Below, in pieces: positions 55,726-64,000 of a stretch of DNA of 64,000 nt. The DNA comes from the human T2T-CHM13v2.0 reference genome, Homo sapiens. Position 1 is the stretch's first letter. Each line of letters starts with the position of its first letter. The notes under the pieces are model-generated. The model searched no databases. It was given only the letters and a program-made list of their open reading frames with translations, and was not told the DNA's origin. The translations under genes and the position numbers were made by a program. The stretch lies in NCBI RefSeq assembly GCF_009914755.1, contig NC_060932.1. The stretch is one strand, 5' to 3'.

Positions 55726-56046
55726 TATTACAGTTGCCCAACTTGTGTTTTATGCTTATTTTTAAATCCCCTCCCTTTCCCATAAACTTTAAGGCTAATT
55801 TCAATATGTAAACACAAAAGTGCATTAAACAATAAATTTTTTTTACTGGTTGTTTAATGTGCGTGTGGTTTTAGTGAGGAATCAGGTATAACACAGTACC
55901 CATCCAGGTGCTAACATGTTATGGAGAGAATGTTGGCATAAAATTACTAGGCATCCTTCTTGGATAAAATTCACTTTATTCTAAAATTATGACCTTTCTA
56001 TACTTTTCATGGTAAAATATGGTTTCTTCTATGGTACTGGTTATAG

Positions 56047-56357
<311 letters not shown>

Positions 56358-57752
56358 CTGATGTCTTTTTTAAAAATCAGAATGTAAAATCAAAAAGTTT
56401 GGAATTACTGATGTAATAGGAATTACTTAAAATCGGCTCCTAGCCAAAGTAGTGTCAATGGTATATGATCCGTATTACAGAAGTCACTCGTGTATCTCCC
56501 ACCTTCATTTGGCACTTAGGTTGGTAGATTCAGTGTATTGAAACAGCTTAAACATTACATAATTGCCTAGAAAGGGCTAAAAATGATCTTATAAGCATAC
56601 AAATATTACAGCCTACTGGAGTCTTCTTTTACTAGACACACATAGATCACTGCCTATATAAGGAGCATGGCTAATCATCTTCTTCCCTGGATATTTGCCA
56701 TTTGATGTCTGGGAAATACACCATAGTGTTATAATTACTTTTTTCCTACTACTGCTTTATAGTCATATTTAACATTTATGCATTTTCCTTCTCTTTTTAA
56801 TGATTACATTTTCTTTATTGGGTAGCATTAAAGTTTTCCTACTGATGGGTCAGACAAACTCATTTTTATTATGGTCAAAATCAGTTAATTGTTCAATACC
56901 ATCTAACTTGCTAATGCTATTTCCAAGTATTTAGAAATATCTATTTTTCATAATAACTAGGTTTGAGCCTTTGAATGTGTTTTAATTTCTCAGAATTTGG
57001 AAAGTTAAATGTTCTCACATTTATACTTACAGAGGTCACATAAATGATATTTAGTGAGTTCAAACTATTAATTATAGATACAAGGTTGAATTCAAGTGAA
57101 CATTTTCCTTTGATCTAGGTCTGTTTAGATAAAATGGTCCATGATTTTAGCAACTTCAGTGCTAAGTAATCAGAGCAGCCTAGCAGCAGCAACAGAGACA
57201 GAATAATCTCCACTGACAGACGATTTTATAAACAGCCAGATTCACCAGGCCTCCCTATTTCAGCTATGAGCTCATAGCAGAAGGCTGAGGTTCTAAGATG
57301 TCCACCATCTTTTCTGGCTGATAAATTTCATGTAGGAGGAATATTATTGTTCCAGATGGTTTTTCAGCGTTGTGCACACTAGCCTCATAGACTCCCGCTG
57401 TAATTGAAAATTGGTTTTGCTCCAACAATTGACAAAAAATTAGATTAGGTTAACTACTTTTTGATTTTAGATTACTGATACAAAGTGCTTTCATGACTAT
57501 GACAAAATAAATTGAAATTCAGACTAAGTGACGTCCCTGTGTGTATTTTCACTTAGATATTTTTCCCTGAGGTTTTTATAGTATCATTAAATTACATTCA
57601 GATACAGAATTTGCATAGAATCAGGCTCATTGAAATTTTGATGATCTTTTTCAATCTGTAATATTGCTAGTAGTGTTTTTATGGAAAACTAGCTAGATAT
57701 TTTAAGTCACTGTAAAGACGATGATATAAAAAGATTTAAAAGCCATCTATTA

Positions 57753-57803
57753 TTAGGTTGGTGCAAAAGTAATTGTGGTTTTTGTCGTACTTTTAATGAC
57801 AAA
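57753..57803. mobile_element. Truncated MADE1 (Hsmar1 MITE)
   Basis: ttaggttggtgcaaaagtaattgtggtttttg..acttttaatgacaaa; most of the second arm is missing. Confidence 0.85.
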
Positions 57804-58293
57804 TAGTTTGCTTGCATTGTGAAAGCATTCATTGTTTACTTCTAGGTTCTCATGAAATAAGAAAGTAATTTTCTTGAAGGTTTGTTTGATAGTCCTCCAT
57901 AGATTTTTTTTAATTAAAATTTTAAGCATTTGGAGAATAAAACATATATTTAGCAGGTTATAAATGAGATCAATTGAAGTCAAACTTTGAGCTATAGTTA
58001 TCATCAGAACATATATGGGGAGACACATGAAACCTCAGCTTCCCAGTTGAAATATCCACGAGACATCTGACTACTAGGAAAGGGATGGGGTCATGTTACA
58101 CAATTCTGGTCCCAGGTGCTCAACAGGTGCTTTGCAATCACAAATGGCTGGACATTCATTAGTGCTTTCAGTCTGACTCCCAGCTAGGCCTTGGAACAGA
58201 GAGTGTGTATACAATATTGGTTGAAGAGTTTGGTTAAAAAGAAAAGCAAAGCCCAGTGTTAGAAAAAGAGGTGACATCATTTGGTTCCTATAA

Positions 58294-58602
<309 letters not shown>

Positions 58603-59654
58603 TGAGGAGTTTTGAGGATATATTTCCAGCTGTGAATTAGCGCTGTGGCTCATTTGAGCTAAGGTGAAAACATTCCTGATATTCAAGAAAATAAAACAAC
58701 CCTGTTCCCATTCTGTCCTGTTGATTTTTAACATCAACCCTTTGGAGGAATATCCTCAGATTCATGTTCTGTCCTTTTTTGCCCTTTCTAACTGTCCCTT
58801 AGCCTTTTCTCATCATCGTAAATTATTACCTGACATTGACGGGGGATTTCCCTAAAATTGTAGAGAATTTTGTAGAACGAAGCTGTGAAATCATAAAAGA
58901 CAGGGTTGCAAAGCCTGAGTTCATGATCAAGGACTAGTGAAGACAAAGAATCTTGTTACAAAATGAGAAAAATAAAAATAATATTGGCCTAAGACTTCAA
59001 AATGAGAAAAATAGATAGTTATTGGCCTAACATTACTTTCTTCCTTTAGTTTGAAAATGATGTCCTTCCTGACTTTTTGTTATTAAAATGGACATTCTTT
59101 TGTGAAATGAAGGTGATAATAAATGATCATTGATGTCACTAATTGATAAAATCAGAAGTGGTTAGCCCTAAATTGGGGTTCCACCTCTGATTTCCACATG
59201 TGTGCTTTCATAGATCTAAGAATGTGGGAACTACTGATCTAATTCAGCTAATTACTCAAACCATGTATCCCGTCAACAGAAATGCTAACAAGTGGTAATC
59301 CAGCCTTCCCTGAAAACCCTTCCTGTGGGTTCTCAGCCAGATGGGCTACCCATTATGCTTTTGGACTCTTCTAATTAATACAAGTATCCCCTACATTGGA
59401 TGTAAGTCTTCTATACTAATTGCTACTTTTTAATTTTACCCAGAACTGTATATGCTATGTCTAATGTAACATTTTCCTAATTGTGTTCCACAGAACATTA
59501 ATTCTATGGAACTCTATGGAATAATTAATATCTATTAATAGATATTACCACAAAAAGGGGGGAGAACTACAGTCAAATTATTTTGGAAAACAATAGTTCA
59601 AACTATAGGTTATTTCAGTACTTCAGAAATGCATTTTTGGGATAATACACACAC

Positions 59655-59951
59655 TTTTCTTTTTTTTGAGACAGGGTTTCCCCCTCTCGCTCAGGCTAGA
59701 GTACAGTGGCATGATCATAGCTCACTCTAACCTGAATTCCTGAGCCCAAGCGATCTTTCCGTCTCAGTCTCCCCGGTAGATGGGACTACAGCATGCACCA
59801 CCACACTTGCCTAATTTAAAAAAAAAAAATTTATAGAGATGAGGTCTCACTTTGTTGCCCAGGCTGATCCCAAACTCCTGGCTTCAAGCAATCCTCCCAT
59901 CTTGGCCTCCTAAATTGCTAGGATTACAGGTGTGAGCTATGGCGACTGACC
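59655..59951 (-). mobile_element. AluJ
   Basis: gatcatagctcact..gtctcactttgttgcccaggctg. Confidence 0.92.
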
Positions 59952-59960
59952 TAACAAAAT

Positions 59961-60053
59961 ATTTTTGAGTATAATTATATTTGACGCAATCAGGGTAAGT
60001 TAGCTGTAAGTATGACCACAAGACAACTAAGTTGATTAGTATAGCATAAGGAG
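59961..60053 (+). repeat. 93-bp local duplication, copy 1
   Basis: 87/93 identical to 61460-61552. Confidence 0.93.
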
Positions 60054-60964
60054 TTCATGGGCAGCCATGTTCTATTTGCTAATCTATGCTGGATATATTT
60101 CAGAGGGATATACAGTCATCCGAGTTTCTGAAATTTGGCCTATGGAATTAATTTTTTTTAAGCAGCGAATGCTATTTAGGGCAGCAGTAAATCATTAAAC
60201 AAACATTATATTCATTTCCTGTTCTACCTTTCTTTAACTTTTCTTATCTAAACATGTCAATTGCTTTAACCCTTAATCAGTTACATGATTTCTATACCCT
60301 TTAACTTTACTCTAGGCATGCCCTTGTTTTGTCCTTGCTTTTGTTGAAATTATGGTGATAACTGAACACAAAAATCAGATTTGTTTTGACCTAGTGTAGT
60401 ATAGGTGCTATCTTCTTTTTCTATTTGTATATTTCTATCAGCATTAACAGAAGTTCATTTTTATTTTGTTGTGTTCTTTTTGTCTAGTACTTCATGTGGT
60501 TATCAAATACCAAATTAGAATCCTGTAATAAGTGCATATCTATATTAAGAATCAACTTGTTAGAGCTGGTCCATCAACGTGTCACATTAAGATCTTTTTG
60601 GAATTTGTTAATTAGCTTTCAAAGAAATATACCTACTCAAATATCTCAAGTAAAGACAGGTTACTGTAGGGATTAACACTGGAAATCACGAGGACAAATA
60701 TCTTAGTGACACAGTGAAACTCGCAGCATTGCAGAAATAGCAGCACATCCAAGTGTCAGAGGTTGTGCTGGGACAACCTCTTACTGCTGCATCACTGGGC
60801 CACATGGGAATGAGAATGTGGCTTAGGAACTGGAAACCCATTAAGATGCAGTGATGCCCGAGTGACTGTCATCTCGTTGCTTCCCCCCACTCTCTTCAAG
60901 GAGCAGGACTCTATTAATGTCTCTTCTAGTTCTCTGGCATTAATCTCATTCGCTGACATCTGAC

Positions 60965-61274
60965 TTTTGTTGTTGTTGTTGTTGTTGTTTTTGAGACGGA
61001 GTTTCACTGTTGTTGCCCAGGTTGGAGTGCGATGGCACGATCTCGGCTCACCACAACTTCTGACACCCAGGTTCAAGTGATTTTCCTGCCTCAGCCTCCC
61101 GAGTAGCTGGGATTACAGGCATGTGCCACCACGCCTGGCTAATTTTGTATTTTTAGTAGAGATGAGGTTTCTCCATGTTGGTCAGGCTGGTCTCAAACTC
61201 CTGACCTCAGGTGATCCACCCACCTCGGCCTCCCAAAGTGTTGGGATTACAGGTGTGAGCCACCATGCCCGGCC
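60965..61274 (-). mobile_element. Alu (AluSp/Sq-like) with (GTT)n tail
   Basis: ggagtttcactgttgttgccc..tttctccatgttggtcaggctgg; TSD tgacatctgacttt / tgatgtctgacttt. Confidence 0.95.
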
Positions 61275-61459
61275 TGATGTCTGACTTTCTTTGGGACTTC
61301 CAATTCTGCTCCTGCTACCGCTGCTTAAGTCTTACTGTATATTTCAAATTCAAGAGTTGGCCTATTCATTACACTGCTGAGTCTTATACCCTTTTTCAAT
61401 CAAGCAATGCTTCTACTATTGCAACTTTAATCTGCCATATGCCTTATATAATGGGTTTG

Positions 61460-61552
61460 ATTTTTGAGTATAACTGTATTTGACCCAATCAGGATAAGTT
61501 AGCCGTAATTATGACCACAAGACAACTAAGTTGATTAGTATAGCATAAGGAG
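61460..61552 (+). repeat. 93-bp local duplication, copy 2
   Basis: Offset 1499 bp from copy 1. Confidence 0.93.
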
Positions 61553-61720
61553 CTCTTAAAATGTGGTTCCTAGGCTTTGCAGAATCAGCATCACCTGGAA
61601 ACGTGTTAAAGGCATCATCCCAACCCTACTGCATCAGAAATTCTGGGATGGCATTCAGCAATCTGTATTCTCTCAAGCCCTCCAGGTAATTCTGATGCAT
61701 GTTCAAGTTTAAGAGCAGAT
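61553..61720. mobile_element. MER5A
   Basis: cagcatcacctggaaac..cctactgcatcagaaattctgg..caagccctccaggtaattctgatgc. Confidence 0.85.
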
Positions 61721-61979
61721 GGTATAAAATTATCACTCTAGAGTCTAGATTTATGGTGTGAGTGCCAAAAATAATGGCTTTAGGCATAATTGATATGTAG
61801 ATCTTTCTGATAATATTAACTAACAGTTTCAGCTGCTTTTTAAAGTTGTTTTTTGACAAGAGAAGAACATTATAAGCATGTAAGATCATGCTTTTATTCC
61901 TATTTGTTGTGGCATTTAATTGATATAAACACTGGACCAATTTTTTGTATACAAGTTTACTATAATAAGCCTGTATTCT

Positions 61980-62310
61980 TTTTTTTACTTTTTTCTTTCT
62001 TTCTTTTTTTTTTTTTTTTTTTTGAGACAGAGTCTCTCTCTGTCACCCCGACTAGAGGGCAGTAGTGCTATCTCAGACACTGCAACCTCCGCCTCCCAGG
62101 TTCAAGCGATTCTCGTGCCTCAGCCTCCTGAGTAGCTGGGATTACAGATGCGTGTCATCACACCTGGCTAAGTTTTGTATTTTTATCATGGTAGAGACAG
62201 AGTTTCACCAAGTTGGCCAGGGTGGTCTCGAACTCCTGGCCTCATGTGATCCATCTGCCTTGCCCTCCTAAAGTGCTGGGATTACAGGCATGAGCTACCA
62301 AACCCGGTCC
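61980..62310 (-). mobile_element. Alu (AluS-like, diverged)
   Basis: Reverse-complement dimer with long T tail. Confidence 0.93.
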
Positions 62311-62384
62311 AAACCTGGATTCTTCATGTTTAAAGTACTTGAAAAGGAATGTGTATCCCTGCCTATTTTGGTTCTCATATATAT

Positions 62385-63345
62385 TTTTTAATATAACAGC
62401 TTTATCGAGATAGAATTTACACATCATACAATTTACCCATTAAAGCTAAGCAATTTAATATCTTTTGGTATATTCACAGAGTTTTGCTTTTATTGCCACA
62501 ATTTTAAAATATTTTCATCACCCTAAAAAGAAATACTGAACCCGTTAGCAGTCATTCCTTCTTTCTCACTCTCACCCCATTCCCCTTCCCCTTCTCCCAG
62601 TCCTAAACAACTACTAATTTACTTTCTGTCTCTATGGATTTGCTTATTCTGGATATCTTAGATAAATTATATCATACATATCATACATTATATAGTCTTC
62701 TCTTTCTGTTTTTTCCCCTTAACATAATGTTTTCAAGATTTATACGTGTCATAAAATATATTAGTACCTAATTTCTTAATTTCCAAATAATATTCCATTG
62801 AATGGATATACCATACTTTACTCATGCATTCATCAATGGAGGGACATTTGGGTTGTCTGTACATTTTGGCTAGTATGAATAATGCTTCTGTGAACACTCA
62901 TGTACAAGTTTTTACATGGACATTGTTTTCATTTCTCTTGGGTATATACTTAGAAATAGAATGATTGGTTCACCTGGTAACTCTTGTGTTTAACTTTTTG
63001 AGGAACTTCCAATCTATTTTATAAAGTGGCTGTCCCATTCTACATTCCCACCTACAGTGTTTGGGTGTTTCTGTTTCTCCACATCCTTGTCATCACTTAT
63101 TATTATCTGCTTTGGGTTACAGTCATCCTAGTGGGTCTGTGTACAATCTCACTGTGGTTTTGATATTTACTTCCCTGGTGATTAATGATGTGGAGCATTT
63201 TTCCTATGCTTATCGGCAATTTTTTTGAAGAAATGCTATTCATATTTTTTGCTCATATTTTACTTGGGTTATTGTATTTCATTATGGAATTATAAAAGTT
63301 CTTCATATCTTTTAGATGCAGGCCCTTATCAGATATATGATTTCA
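62385..63345 (-). mobile_element. Old L1M (L1MB-like) 3' end
   Basis: acagctttatcgagatagaatttaca..actttctgtctctatggatttgcttattctgg. Confidence 0.85.
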
Positions 63346-63689
63346 TAGAAGTTTTTTGGGATGAAGATTTAAAAGGTCAAATATGATTCCTGTGAATGGA
63401 GAGAGAAATTAATGAGAGATAAAAATATTAATTTTCTTCTCAATGAAACACAGGGTAGCAGTGGGCATTAGTACGACAATTCAACACCAAATCTACCTAT
63501 TATATATGCAGGATATTTAATTGAGATTTTTGCTTGAAATTTGTTGAGAAGGAAGCCAGTGCAGAGTTCTGAAGGAAAGAGAGTTTCCATAAAGAATAGA
63601 TAGCTGAATATTGAAGAGTTCACACAGGACTGGAACTAAATATAAGTTATTCAACCTGTGAACAATGATCTTAATTATTGGTGACACAG

Positions 63690-64000
63690 TTTCTCAGGAA
63701 TGATGGAACAATAAGCAAAATGCACTCATCTTATACGTGTGAGAGAGGAATGGAAATGAAGATGGAGAAGACTTGCCTCCATTAAGCTGGAATGCGATGA
63801 GTAGGAGAGAGGAGGCTGGTGAGGAGATGGAATTAGGGTCAAGGAAGCAGAGGGTCAAATCTTTGAAAGATTTGAGCATGTTTGAAGGAATGGAAGGAAA
63901 GTGTGTGGGGAGGGACCAATCAATTGAACATAAAAGAGAAGGGTAGGGCAGAATCTCAGTGAGGTAGGCAGGGAAGAATACAGAACTCACAGGGAGCTGT
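63690..64000 (-). mobile_element. L2 fragment
   Basis: Purine-rich, antisense L2-like (ggtcaaggaagcagagggtc..gggagggaccaatcaattg). Confidence 0.5.

Noticed and set aside
57753-57803. miR-548-family hairpin from MADE1
   Set aside because: Second arm is mostly missing, so no long hairpin can form

Overview
Primate (very probably human) intronic DNA, AT-rich and repeat-dense. There is no prokaryotic gene content and no CRISPR array. One genuine exon is present: a 161-nt + strand exon (41945-42105) whose coding start ATG TCT GTG TCT AAT CTA TCA TG|gtgag gives MSVSNLS(W). I recognise this from memory as the N-terminus of the long OXR1 (oxidation resistance 1) isoform, so the window would be the first coding exon of OXR1 with parts of its two large flanking introns. 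The rest is 19 Alus, two large primate L1PA copies, older L1M/L2/MIR fragments, ERV1 solo LTRs (MER57-like, MER31-like), MaLR and DNA-transposon fossils, and microsatellites. The listed ORFs are L1 ORF2 remnants, Alu frames or chance ORFs. I found no convincing new biological system. The best leads are: an L1 with both ends and a TSD but its 5'UTR fused to ORF2 at an AG (possible spliced retrocopy); a 29-bp palindromic minisatellite just upstream of the exon; three non-tandem local duplications at similar 1.45-1.7 kb offsets; and a cryptic internal donor that could drop the start codon. Repeat subfamily names come from recalled consensus sequences and most repeat boundaries are approximate.
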